A stretch of DNA of 32,000 nucleotides from Dehalococcoidia bacterium (GTDB lineage: Bacteria > Chloroflexota > Dehalococcoidia > Lucifugimonadales > CAZENU01), in NCBI GenBank assembly GCA_965220785.1, contig CBDCQW010000003.1:2826583-2858582 (forward strand), given 5' to 3'. The notes under the pieces are model-generated. The model saw nothing but the letters and a program-made list of their open reading frames with translations. It searched no databases and was not told the DNA's origin. Below, one piece after another: positions 17,060 to 25,244 of the stretch. Each line of letters starts with the position of its first letter. Position 1 is the first letter of the stretch. A program made the translations under genes and the position numbers.

Positions 17060-18438
17060 CCGGCGTCCTCGGCTCTTCGCAGCCCGGAAGCGTTGTTGCG
17101 GAAGAGCAGGGCGAGTATCGGCGGCGCGGCTGCCGTGGTGATGATCGTCATGATGATGGCGATCCCGTACAGGTCCTGACCGATGATCCCCTTGCTGATG
17201 CCCACGCCGGCCATGATGAGCGCGACCTCGCCGCGGGGCAGCATACCCACGCCGACCCGCGCCGCCCCACGGCTGTTGAAGCCGGCGAACAGGGCCGGGA
17301 CACCCGATCCGGCCACCTTGCCAAAGACGGCCGCCACTGTGACGACCAGGCCGAAGGCCCATATACCGCTGTCGAGGGACGATACGTCGACCAGCATGCC
17401 CATGACGACGAAGAAGATCGGGACCACTGCCGCGTAGACGCCGTTGAGCGGCTCTTCCAGCGCGTGTGCGAGATCGGTGCCGGACAGTGCCAGTCCGATG
17501 GAGAACGCGCCGATGATCATCGCGAGGCCGAAGCTCTCCGCTAGACCCGCCGCCAGCAGGGCCAGGCCCAGCGCGAGAGCGACGGCGGCGCCGCTCACCT
17601 GGAACCAGCCGAACAGGGCCGACACGCGCTTCGCCAGCAGTATTCCGATGCCCGTCAGCGCTATCCAGAAGCCAAGGGTCTTGAGCGCAACGAGGCCGAC
17701 CGACGACGCGGAGAAGTCCGTCGTGACCTCCGTGATCGTAGTCGTCGTGATCTCTGTGATTGTGGTCGTCGTTATCTCCGCAGTCGTGGTCGTCATGGTC
17801 GCCGTGATCGCCGTGATCGCGTCTGTCGCGGCCGCCGTCCCGTGCAGGCCCACGACTATGGTCAGCGCCAGGATGCCGAGGACGTCGTCGAGCACCGCCG
17901 CGCCGAGTATGGTCACCCCCTCCGGCGTGGCCAGGCTGTGGAGGTCTCCCAGCACCCGGACCGAGATGCCGATGGACGTCGCGGTGAGCACGGCGCCGAT
18001 GAACAGCGCCCTGGCGTCCGTGAGATGGTCTGCATAGCCGAACCAGACGGTCAGGACTACTCCCAGGACGAATGGGATGACGACCCCGCCGACGGCCACG
18101 ATAGAGGCCGGCCGGGCGTAGCGCAGGAACTGGCGCAGGTCGGTCTCTATGCCGGCCGCGAAGAGCAGGACAATCGAACCGAACTGGGCTATTGACCACA
18201 GGCCCTCGGACACCGGTATCGAGGCGCCCTCGTGCGGGTGCTCGAACGCCGGTCCTATCCCGGGGATGTCCAATCCGCCCAGGGCGAACGGGCCGATCAG
18301 TATTCCCGCCGCCAGCTCGCCGAGCACGGCTGGCATCTTCAGGTACCGCTCGCAGACCTCGCCTCCCAGCTTGGCCGCGATCAGGATCGCGCCGAGCTGG
18401 AAGACGAGTCGCGTTATTGCGTGGGTTGCTTCTTCCAT
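17056..18438 (-). CDS. Cation:proton antiporter (CPA2 / Na+/H+ exchanger family)
   Basis: Multi-TM protein with the pattern QLGAILIAAKLGGEV...PAVLGELAAGILIGP...LLFAAGIETD. Start ATG 18438, preceded by GGAGGG. Its stop overlaps the downstream ATG as ATGA (17056-17059). Confidence 0.85.
   Translation of the reverse strand: MEEATHAITRLVFQLGAILIAAKLGGEVCERYLKMPAVLGELAAGILIGPFALGGLDIPGIGPAFEHPHEGASIPVSEGLWSIAQFGSIVLLFAAGIETDLRQFLRYARPASIVAVGGVVIPFVLGVVLTVWFGYADHLTDARALFIGAVLTATSIGISVRVLGDLHSLATPEGVTILGAAVLDDVLGILALTIVVGLHGTAAATDAITAITATMTTTTAEITTTTITEITTTTITEVTTDFSASSVGLVALKTLGFWIALTGIGILLAKRVSALFGWFQVSGAAVALALGLALLAAGLAESFGLAMIIGAFSIGLALSGTDLAHALEEPLNGVYAAVVPIFFVVMGMLVDVSSLDSGIWAFGLVVTVAAVFGKVAGSGVPALFAGFNSRGAARVGVGMLPRGEVALIMAGVGISKGIIGQDLYGIAIIMTIITTAAAPPILALLFRNNASGLRRAEDAG
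17713..17838 (-). repeat. In-frame Thr/Ile-rich tandem repeat inside the antiporter gene
   Basis: Encodes TAAATDAITAITATMTTTTAEITTTTITEITTTTITEVTTDF. A nucleotide-level repeat is visible (gtgatcgtagtcgtcgtgatctctgtgattgtggtcgtcgttatctcc). Confidence 0.8.
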
Positions 18439-18460
18439 TTCCCTCCGGTAGCTGCTCCCT

Positions 18461-18841
18461 CTATACGGCTGGGTTCCTCGGGAAGGCGTCCCGCAGGGCA
18501 CTGGACAGCGAGAGCATCTTTTCCCTCTCCTCACCAACGCTCAGGGCGTCCCCGAATACCTGCAGCGAGTCGGCAAGCCCCTCAGTCAGGACATCGACGA
18601 CGAGCGACTCTACCGGAACGGTATCGGACTCGACCGCAATGCGGCAGTCTCGGTGACCCTCGGGAACGATCGAAAGCGCGACGAACTCGTCGCCTCGACG
18701 GAACTCGTGGGAAGTCTGGCCGCCGGCCCAATCGCCGGCTCTCATGTGGTGGTAGCCGATGCCTTCGAGATATCGGACGAAAGCGAGCTCGAACACGGCC
18801 CGGCCGAGCATCGGCGTGTTCACCTCGTACATGTGGGCCAT
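18461..18841 (-). CDS. Hypothetical protein (126 aa)
   Basis: Start ATG 18841 (MAHMYEV), preceded by GGAGG with a 6-nt spacer. Its stop lies 22 nt upstream of the antiporter gene. No family recognised. Confidence 0.55.
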   Translation of the reverse strand: MAHMYEVNTPMLGRAVFELAFVRYLEGIGYHHMRAGDWAGGQTSHEFRRGDEFVALSIVPEGHRDCRIAVESDTVPVESLVVDVLTEGLADSLQVFGDALSVGEEREKMLSLSSALRDAFPRNPAV

Positions 18842-19012
18842 CGGGAACCTCCACGCCGGATCAAGTATATGTGGCGCCGTTAGGGCGTTCAAGCAACGCC
18901 GGTCCCATGGTATCGGCGTTTATGCCACACGGGATCCGGCAGTTGGGCGCGGCGCGGCAGGCACCGTGGAGGCGATATCGAGCGGCCCGGTGCGGGTCGG
19001 CGTCGCGGAAGA

Positions 19013-19825
19013 CTACGAGGCGACGCGCTTTATCAGGTACTTGACGAGGCCGCGGGGTGTGGTGACGCTGACCTCTCGGCCAACCGCCTGGTTCATCAGC
19101 GCCTTGCCGACGGGCGACATGTCGGAGATTTTGCCCCCGAGCGGGTCGGCCTCGAGGGCGCCGACGATCGTGTAGGCCGTCTCGCGGCCTGAGTCTACTT
19201 CCCTCAGCACCACCTTGGAGCCTAGCCTGACGGTCTTGCTGGGCCCCGAGCGCTCGACCGTGACGGCGGACTCGAGCGCCTTCTCGAGCTCCCCGATCCG
19301 GGATTCGAGCTGTCCGAGCTGCTCCCTGGCCGCTTCGAGAGGGGCGTTCTCGCGCACGTCCTTGTCGGCCGCCGCGCGGCGGATTTCGGCGGCGATCGGG
19401 CCGCGTTTCGAGCGCAGGGCCTCGAGCTCGCTCTCGATCTGCGCTTGACCTTCGGCCGTGATCTCTATCGTCGCCGGCCCGTTCCGAGACCTGGCCGCCG
19501 CGGCCGGCAACTTGGCCTTGGGGACGCGTAGATATCTCGCGAGGTTCTGCTGGATCAAGCCCTTCTTGTGGGCGAACGTGAGGAACTGGCGGACCTCCCG
19601 CAACCGCTCCGGGGCGTCGCGCCGGGCGGCCGATCCGGCCGCCTGTGTGCCATACTCCTCGATGTCGGGAGGCCGAATATCGCCAATGATCCTGTCGGAG
19701 CCGCACCACTGGGCGAAGCGCAGGAGCTCCTGGCGAGAGGGGGGGCCGGCCGCTTTTGTCTTGAGGCTGCTGACGTATAGTCCGACGGCGTCTAGAAGAG
19801 TTACTGCCCGGGAGGGTTCCGCCAA
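19013..19825 (-). CDS. greA: GreA-family transcript cleavage factor with ~115-aa N-terminal integrase-SAM-like extension
   Basis: The C-terminal ~155 aa match GreA: coiled coil with DKDVRENAPLEAAREQ, and globular domain GSKVVL...Y.IVG..EADP..GKIS..SPVGKAL. TTG start preceded by AGGAG with a 7-nt spacer. Confidence 0.85.
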   Translation of the reverse strand: MAEPSRAVTLLDAVGLYVSSLKTKAAGPPSRQELLRFAQWCGSDRIIGDIRPPDIEEYGTQAAGSAARRDAPERLREVRQFLTFAHKKGLIQQNLARYLRVPKAKLPAAAARSRNGPATIEITAEGQAQIESELEALRSKRGPIAAEIRRAAADKDVRENAPLEAAREQLGQLESRIGELEKALESAVTVERSGPSKTVRLGSKVVLREVDSGRETAYTIVGALEADPLGGKISDMSPVGKALMNQAVGREVSVTTPRGLVKYLIKRVAS

Positions 19826-19857
19826 GTTGATGCTCCTGTCGGCGTGAGCCTCGGCTC

Positions 19858-19887
19858 ATGGTAAAGAACGTCTGACTACCGTGTCAA
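19858..19887 (-). promoter_or_regulatory. Promoter candidate for the greA-like gene
   Basis: On the minus strand: TTGACA (19887-19882), 18 nt, TACCAT (19863-19858). Confidence 0.45.
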
Positions 19888-20020
19888 CGCGGCACCGCCC
19901 ATGTCTGCTGAGTGCTGTATGTTCGTCGACGGGCCCGACCAGGCGTGGGCGCCGCTTGTGGTTGTTCGTCCGGGCGTGACGGACGGACGAACTCGGCCAA
20001 CCGCGAGTGTGTTCCGTAGC

Positions 20021-20155
20021 TGTTCAGACTTCGTGGGATCTGCTAGACCGGGCGGCGTCGCTTATGGGGCAATTTGGCTTTGAGCAAGGCTGTATCCCCG
20101 CCCTCCGCGGGCATTCGTCCCATCACCTCTGAACAGTTGCACGGAATCCCAGGTT
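20021..20155. mobile_element. MITE-like 135-bp unit bounded by inverted TTCCGT..CTGTTCAGA termini
   Basis: The left end TTCCGTAGCTGTTCAGA (20021-20037) is inverted with TCTGAACAGTTGCACGGAA (20137-20155). The right end shares an exact 18-mer with the left end of the 30851 element. No TSD detected. Confidence 0.45.
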
Positions 20156-20370
20156 CTCCACCTAAACCGTAGGTTCTTTGCCCGTCGACGCCGTGGGCGC
20201 GGCGCTAAGGCGAGATTGACGATGACAATAACTGTCACCATCCAGGTGCATTGTCACGACCCGGGAAGCAGTCCGTCACGCCGCTCGTCCAAATTAGGTG
20301 GGGGAATTTTTGGGAATCACGAGGGGTTGACGAAGCGCCGCAGAGATGCTAACTCGGTCTTCAGTTCTTC

Positions 20371-20422
20371 CCCGCCCGCTGGACCTTGGTCTCGGCCATA
20401 GTCCCTGGGCGGGTGTTTTTTT
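20371..20422 (+). terminator. Intrinsic terminator with no upstream plus-strand CDS
   Basis: CCCGCCC (20371-20377) pairs with GGGCGGG (20407-20413). There is an inner GGAC/GUCC helix, followed by TG and T7 (20416-20422). Confidence 0.6.
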
Positions 20423-20515
20423 GCGCACTCTCGTACTCATCGACGGCCAAAACCTCTATCACCTGGCCCGAAGGGCTTGGGCCTCCGGGGCGGCGTCGCC
20501 GTATGCATAGCCGAG

Positions 20516-20896
20516 CTACGGAGGCGGCGAATAGGCGAACGTGCTGTCGCTCGCCGGCATATCGAACGGGGGCGACGTAGCCGATACGAATACCAGGCGC
20601 TCATCTCCAACGCAGCGTATCGAATGGGCAGTATCCGGCGGCACGAGAATCGCTGTGCCCGGTCCGACCTTCTGCGTCTCCTCGCCCACGGTCATCGCGC
20701 CCCGGCCGCGTACGATCACGTAGACCTGCTCGCTGGCGGGATGAGAGTGGAGCGGCTGCTCGCTTCCGGGCTCACCCTCCACCCACGTGACGGCGAGGTT
20801 CTCGGAGCCGAACTGCCCCGGCGCCAGCAGCAGGTGGGATACCTGGCCGTCTCCGCGGCGGTTTGTGGGGCTGTGCTCCAGGGTCTGCACGTGCAT
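20516..20896 (-). CDS. Cupin domain protein
   Basis: Cupin motifs PLHSHPASEQVYVIVRG...G....VP....H. GAGGAG lies 7 nt upstream of the ATG. Confidence 0.75.
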   Translation of the reverse strand: MHVQTLEHSPTNRRGDGQVSHLLLAPGQFGSENLAVTWVEGEPGSEQPLHSHPASEQVYVIVRGRGAMTVGEETQKVGPGTAILVPPDTAHSIRCVGDERLVFVSATSPPFDMPASDSTFAYSPPP

Positions 20897-20910
20897 GGCC
20901 GCGCTCCTCG

Positions 20911-22377
20911 TCAGTTGGGCAGCTTCAGCGGGCCGCTGAGGTAGTGGCCGAGGCGGTCCTCGGTGTCGGCCGGGAAGAGGTGCCCGATCTGGCCGTCGTC
21001 GGTGCGTCTCCCCTGCTCCTCCAGAATCTCGATGTACCGGTCGCGCACCGCTCTGCGGGAGGGGTCGTAGAACAGGTTCCTCAGCTCGTGCGGGTCCTCC
21101 GCGAGATCGTACAGCTCAGACAGGTCGGTCAGGTTCCACACCAGCTTCCACCGGCCGTCGGTCACCATGCGAGACGAGTAGTGGCCGTACCAGTCGCCGT
21201 GGTACTCGCTGTAGTTGACCGACTTGTACCAGTCGGTCCCGCCCTGGGCCAGCGGCAGGAACGACCGGCCGTCCATCTCGCCGGAGCCGATGTCGCGCAC
21301 CTGTTCGCCGGCCATCAGGTGCGCCATGGTCGCGGTGACGTCCATGAGATTGACGGGCTGGGAGACGCGGTCGACGCTGCCGCCGCCGGGCGGCTTGAAC
21401 AGCATGGGGACGCGGTATATCTCGTCGTACATGTAGGCGCCCTTGTTCCACAGGCCGTGCGAGCCCGCCATGTCGCCGTGGTCGGCCGTCAGGAAGATGG
21501 CGGTGTCGTCGTACAGCCCCAACTCCCGAAGCGTGGCGACCACCTCGCCGACCATCGTGTCGATCAGCTCGATGTAGGAGAAGCAGTACGCCAGCAGCTC
21601 CTGCAGGCTGGCGCCCTTGCCGTCACCCCTGCGTTCCCCGATCAGCCGCAGCTTCTTCTGGTTGATCGGCTTGCCGTCGAAGTCGTCGTGCATGTTCGGC
21701 CAGTCCGGGATATCCTTCGGGTCGTAACGGACGCCGAACTCCTCGGGGATCAGCCACTTGGGGTGCGGCCCCGGGAAGGCGCAGAACAGCGTGAAGGGCC
21801 TGCCCGCGCTGCGCTCCTCCAGGAAGCGCTGCGAGTACCGGGCGGCGACGACGTCCGGGAAGCCCTCCATCGGCACGTCAAGGGTCCCCGCGTCGCCATC
21901 GGCGACGCTCTTGACCAGCGGCCCCAGCCTCGTATTCGGGTGCCAGTGGGAGCCGTCCAGGAACGGCGGTCCGCCAGGGTAGGGGCGGTCCTGCTTGCGC
22001 TCGAACCGCGAGTCGTCCAGATCGTCCGTCGTGCCGATGTGCCACTTGCCGAAGTAGGCCGACTCGTGGTGCGTGTTGTCGGCCATCCAGTCCTGCAGCA
22101 TCGCCAGGTCCGGCCGTGCGTGCTGGTTGTAGGAATACCGGGGCGTCGAGTTGTTGTACATGTGGTGCTTGTGGGCGTACAGGCCGGTCATCAGGCTGGT
22201 GCGCGCGGGGGTGCAGATCGCGCTCGGCGTGTAGCCGTTCTCGAACAGCGTCCCGTCCGCCGCGAGGGCGTCGATGTTGGGCGTGCGGACCATCCCGCCG
22301 TAGCAGCCCAGCAGGTCGGGGCGTAGCTGGTCGCAGAAGAAGACGAGGATGTTCGGCCTGCCGCGGTCGGGTCTCAC
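20911..22377 (-). CDS. Sulfatase (Cys-type, formylglycine-dependent)
   Basis: NILVFFCDQLR and the CTPARTSLMTG (C-x-P-x-R) signature. GTG start preceded by AGGAGA. No signal peptide is evident. Confidence 0.9.
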   Translation of the reverse strand: MRPDRGRPNILVFFCDQLRPDLLGCYGGMVRTPNIDALAADGTLFENGYTPSAICTPARTSLMTGLYAHKHHMYNNSTPRYSYNQHARPDLAMLQDWMADNTHHESAYFGKWHIGTTDDLDDSRFERKQDRPYPGGPPFLDGSHWHPNTRLGPLVKSVADGDAGTLDVPMEGFPDVVAARYSQRFLEERSAGRPFTLFCAFPGPHPKWLIPEEFGVRYDPKDIPDWPNMHDDFDGKPINQKKLRLIGERRGDGKGASLQELLAYCFSYIELIDTMVGEVVATLRELGLYDDTAIFLTADHGDMAGSHGLWNKGAYMYDEIYRVPMLFKPPGGGSVDRVSQPVNLMDVTATMAHLMAGEQVRDIGSGEMDGRSFLPLAQGGTDWYKSVNYSEYHGDWYGHYSSRMVTDGRWKLVWNLTDLSELYDLAEDPHELRNLFYDPSRRAVRDRYIEILEEQGRRTDDGQIGHLFPADTEDRLGHYLSGPLKLPN

Positions 22378-22387
22378 TTGCGTTCTC

Positions 22388-23656
22388 CTACAGACCGATA
22401 TGGTCGTTGGCCGGGCACTGGTAGTCGTTCAGGCGGTCTTCGACGATCTCGGCGAAGCTGACCGGCCGGCGGGCGAGGCCCGACTCCAGGATCGCGTAGA
22501 CCAGTGCGACGGCGTCCAGGCCGGTCTGGCCGGTGACCTCCGGAGACCGTCGGTCCAGTATCGAGCGGGCGAAGTCCTCCAGCTCGATGGCGATGTTCTT
22601 GGCGTCGGTCTGCCGGGAGTCCAGATCGTAGGACGCGAGCCGACGCCGGTCGTCGAACAGCGGCGCCGTCTGGTCGTCGAGCCGGAAGTCGGGAACCATC
22701 TCCAGCGCCGCCTCGGGAGGCAGCGGCCCGTCTCCGTCGGCCCTCGTGACGATGACGGGCCGTCCGGAGCGTGCTCCGGGCAGCCTGATCGAGCCCTCGG
22801 CGCAGTAGATGACGTCTGCCGCGGTGCCCTCGCCGGGCGCGGCGATCGTCTGAGTCATCTGCCCGATGGCCCCGGACTTGAAGCGCGTCACCACGACCGC
22901 CATGTCCTCGGAGTCCACCTCCACCGAGCCCGCGCGCTCGATATCCTCCCGCACGCGGTGGCGGTACATCGGGGCGAGCGACCTCAACTCGGGCCCGTCG
23001 ACCTGTCGCACCTTCTCCCACAGGGCCGTCTCGGCGTATACCGTCTCGATCTCGCCCATGAAGTACATGTGCAGGTCGGCGTTGTGGACGGCATAGTCCA
23101 GCAGATAGCCTCCCCGGTGCTTCAGATGGCGCCACGCGGTCGTGTGGGGCATGCTCCGGGTACCCCTCGTCGAGACGTCCAGCATCAGCCGGGGTTCGCC
23201 GAGCGCGCCGGATTCCAGGATCGCCTTCACCAGCCTCATCATCGGATCGCGGCGGTAGTTCTCGTGCACGGAGAGCACGCGGCCCGACCGCTCGGCGGCG
23301 GCGATGATCTCGTGTCCGGCGCGGACCGTCAGTGCGATCGGCTTCTCGACCCCCACGTGGACGCCCGCGTCGAACGCCTGGACCGCCAGCGTGTGGTGAG
23401 TGCCCGCGTCGGTCACGATGTCGACCGCGTCGGGCCGCTCCCGCTCGAGCAGCTCCCCGAAGTCGGTGTAGACGGCGGGGCGGGCGGCGAACGCCTTCTC
23501 CGCCTCGTCCGCGACGTGCTCCGCGGCGGCGCGGTTGGCGTCGCAGAGCGCGATGAGATCGAACGACCCGAAGACGCGGCGGTGCTCGACCTCACCGTAC
23601 AGGTGACGCAGTCCCATGCCGCCGCAACCGACCTGCGCTATGCGAATGCCGGACAT
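22388..23656 (-). CDS. Gfo/Idh/MocA family oxidoreductase
   Basis: IRIAQVGCGGMG Rossmann motif and the VEKPIA motif. AGGAGG lies 5 nt upstream of the ATG. Confidence 0.9.
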   Translation of the reverse strand: MSGIRIAQVGCGGMGLRHLYGEVEHRRVFGSFDLIALCDANRAAAEHVADEAEKAFAARPAVYTDFGELLERERPDAVDIVTDAGTHHTLAVQAFDAGVHVGVEKPIALTVRAGHEIIAAAERSGRVLSVHENYRRDPMMRLVKAILESGALGEPRLMLDVSTRGTRSMPHTTAWRHLKHRGGYLLDYAVHNADLHMYFMGEIETVYAETALWEKVRQVDGPELRSLAPMYRHRVREDIERAGSVEVDSEDMAVVVTRFKSGAIGQMTQTIAAPGEGTAADVIYCAEGSIRLPGARSGRPVIVTRADGDGPLPPEAALEMVPDFRLDDQTAPLFDDRRRLASYDLDSRQTDAKNIAIELEDFARSILDRRSPEVTGQTGLDAVALVYAILESGLARRPVSFAEIVEDRLNDYQCPANDHIGL

Positions 23657-23741
23657 TTGGTCCTCCTGGAGTCTCGCTGGTCGTGTCGTGTCAGGGCGAA
23701 CCCCGGCCTCGTGGCAACAGTTCAGCGGTTAACCCGCCAAG

Positions 23742-24017
23742 CTAGGTGAGCAAGTCTCTGCTCGACTCCCGCACGGTCTGCTCAGCCTTGGCTCCCCAGA
23801 CAGTTCGGGAGACTTCGTCGAAGTCTTCGGGTTTCCTGGACGGCTTGACGGACCCATAGGCCGACTCCAGACTGAGGGCAGCCGGCGCCAGACGCACCTC
23901 ACCGCCTTCGATGGTGAAAGTTACCTTGTCCGCTTGCTTGACGCCCAGCACGCGCCGCACCTCGGCGGGAATGGTCACTTGGCCTCCCTGCCTAATGGTT
24001 GTGGTGATCTCTTTCAT
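23742..24017 (-). CDS. AbrB/MazE/SpoVT-family antitoxin-like protein
   Basis: MKEITTTIRQGGQVTIPAEVRRVLGVKQADKVTF matches the SpoVT-AbrB swapped-hairpin pattern. GGAGGG lies 4 nt upstream of ATG 24017. No cognate toxin ORF is adjacent. Confidence 0.7.
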   Translation of the reverse strand: MKEITTTIRQGGQVTIPAEVRRVLGVKQADKVTFTIEGGEVRLAPAALSLESAYGSVKPSRKPEDFDEVSRTVWGAKAEQTVRESSRDLLT

Positions 24018-24131
24018 TTCGCCCTCCAATGATATACGGCTTGTGCAATATAGGGATAGCACAGCATTGTTTCCCATCAGGGGCGGTACGAGACGCGAAG
24101 GATGGCATCGGCGCATTTACCCGCGCGGTGT

Positions 24132-25244
24132 CTACACGAAGCCGACCGAGCCGTCGGCCCGACGCGGCGTATCAAGATCGCGCGCGGCGTACGGGTACTT
24201 CGCGACGGCCGCGTCGTCGAGCTCGATACCCAGGCCGGGGGCGTCGGGCACCGGGAGGTACCCGTCCTTCACGGCGAACGCCGGCGACGCGATGTCGTAC
24301 CGGTCGTCCATGCGGTACTCCAGGACAAGGAAGTTGGGTATCGCCGCGCAGAGCTGCACGTGCGCCGCCAGCAGAACCGGGCCGCGCGCGTTGTGGGGCG
24401 ACACGGTGGCGTGGTACGCCTCCGCGATGCCGGCCGCCTTCTTGCACTGCGTGAAGCCGCCGTGCAGGCCGACGTCGAGCTTGATGTCCCGGGCGGCCCG
24501 CAGCTCCAGCACCTCGCGGAACTCGAACAGCGAGTTGAAGCGCTCGCCCGTCGCGATGGGTACGCGGACACGGGACGCGACGTCAGCCATCGACAGCACG
24601 CTGTCGGGCTGAATGGGGTCTTCGAAGAACAGGATGTCGAAGGGCTCCAGCTTCTCCGCCAGCATCACGGCCTGCGCCGGAGACATGTTCCTGTGTATCT
24701 CCACGCCGATGTCGACGTCCGGCCCCACGGCGTCCCTGACCGCGGCAACTCTCGCCACCGACTCTCGAATCAGCCGCGCCTGGCTGAGCCTGGAGAAGGC
24801 CGGGGGCGTCGGCGAGATCTTTACGGCCGTGTGCCCCGAGGCAACGGCCGCGGCGGTCGACCGCGCCGCGTTCTCCACCGTGTCCGCCGAACACAGGGCG
24901 CAGAGCCTGATCCTGTCGCGGTGGCGGCCGCCCAGCAGGCTATGGATCGGGGCTCCGTAGTGTTTGCCGGCGATGTCCCAGAGCGCCGTGTCGACGGCGC
25001 TCAGTGCGGACGAGATCGAGGCGCTGCGGAAGCTCGAGTAGCGGTACAGGTACTGCCAGTGAAGGTCGATCGTCAGCGGATCCCTGCCGACCAGGTACTG
25101 CGCGAAGCTCTCCACGACGGCGGCCGTCGCGGGAGGATGCGCCCAGAACGTGCCCTCCCCGACCCCACTCAGGCCGGTGTCGGTGCGTATCCGGACCAGC
25201 GGCCACTCGCCCACCAGAAGGGCCTCGACGCTCTCTATCTTCAC
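24132..25244 (-). CDS. Enolase-superfamily enzyme (mandelate racemase/muconate lactonizing family; acid-sugar dehydratase-like)
   Basis: N-terminal capping domain plus a barrel with metal-ligand pattern (D...E.P...ATGE). GTG start overlaps the upstream stop as GTGA. Confidence 0.9.
   Translation of the reverse strand: MKIESVEALLVGEWPLVRIRTDTGLSGVGEGTFWAHPPATAAVVESFAQYLVGRDPLTIDLHWQYLYRYSSFRSASISSALSAVDTALWDIAGKHYGAPIHSLLGGRHRDRIRLCALCSADTVENAARSTAAAVASGHTAVKISPTPPAFSRLSQARLIRESVARVAAVRDAVGPDVDIGVEIHRNMSPAQAVMLAEKLEPFDILFFEDPIQPDSVLSMADVASRVRVPIATGERFNSLFEFREVLELRAARDIKLDVGLHGGFTQCKKAAGIAEAYHATVSPHNARGPVLLAAHVQLCAAIPNFLVLEYRMDDRYDIASPAFAVKDGYLPVPDAPGLGIELDDAAVAKYPYAARDLDTPRRADGSVGFV

Noticed and set aside
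17060-18199. N-terminal 380 aa of the 1348-aa ORF 14153..18199.
   Set aside because: It is out-of-frame read-through across the antiporter gene, with His/Asp/Arg-rich junk that mirrors the Thr repeat. The FAD domain begins at ATG 17059, which forms an ATGA overlap with the antiporter stop.
20240-20285. SRP (4.5S) RNA-like motif CCAGGT...CCCGGGAAGCAGTCC.
   Set aside because: Only the GGAAGCAG string matches. No GNAR tetraloop closed by a helix and no complementary 5' strand (AGG loop) can be drawn. The flanking GTCACG sequences are direct repeats, not inverted.
23714-23727. ACAGTTCAGCGG as an eighth element terminus.
   Set aside because: It has two mismatches to the CTGTTCAGA core and no partner inverted copy. 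It may be chance or a decayed end.
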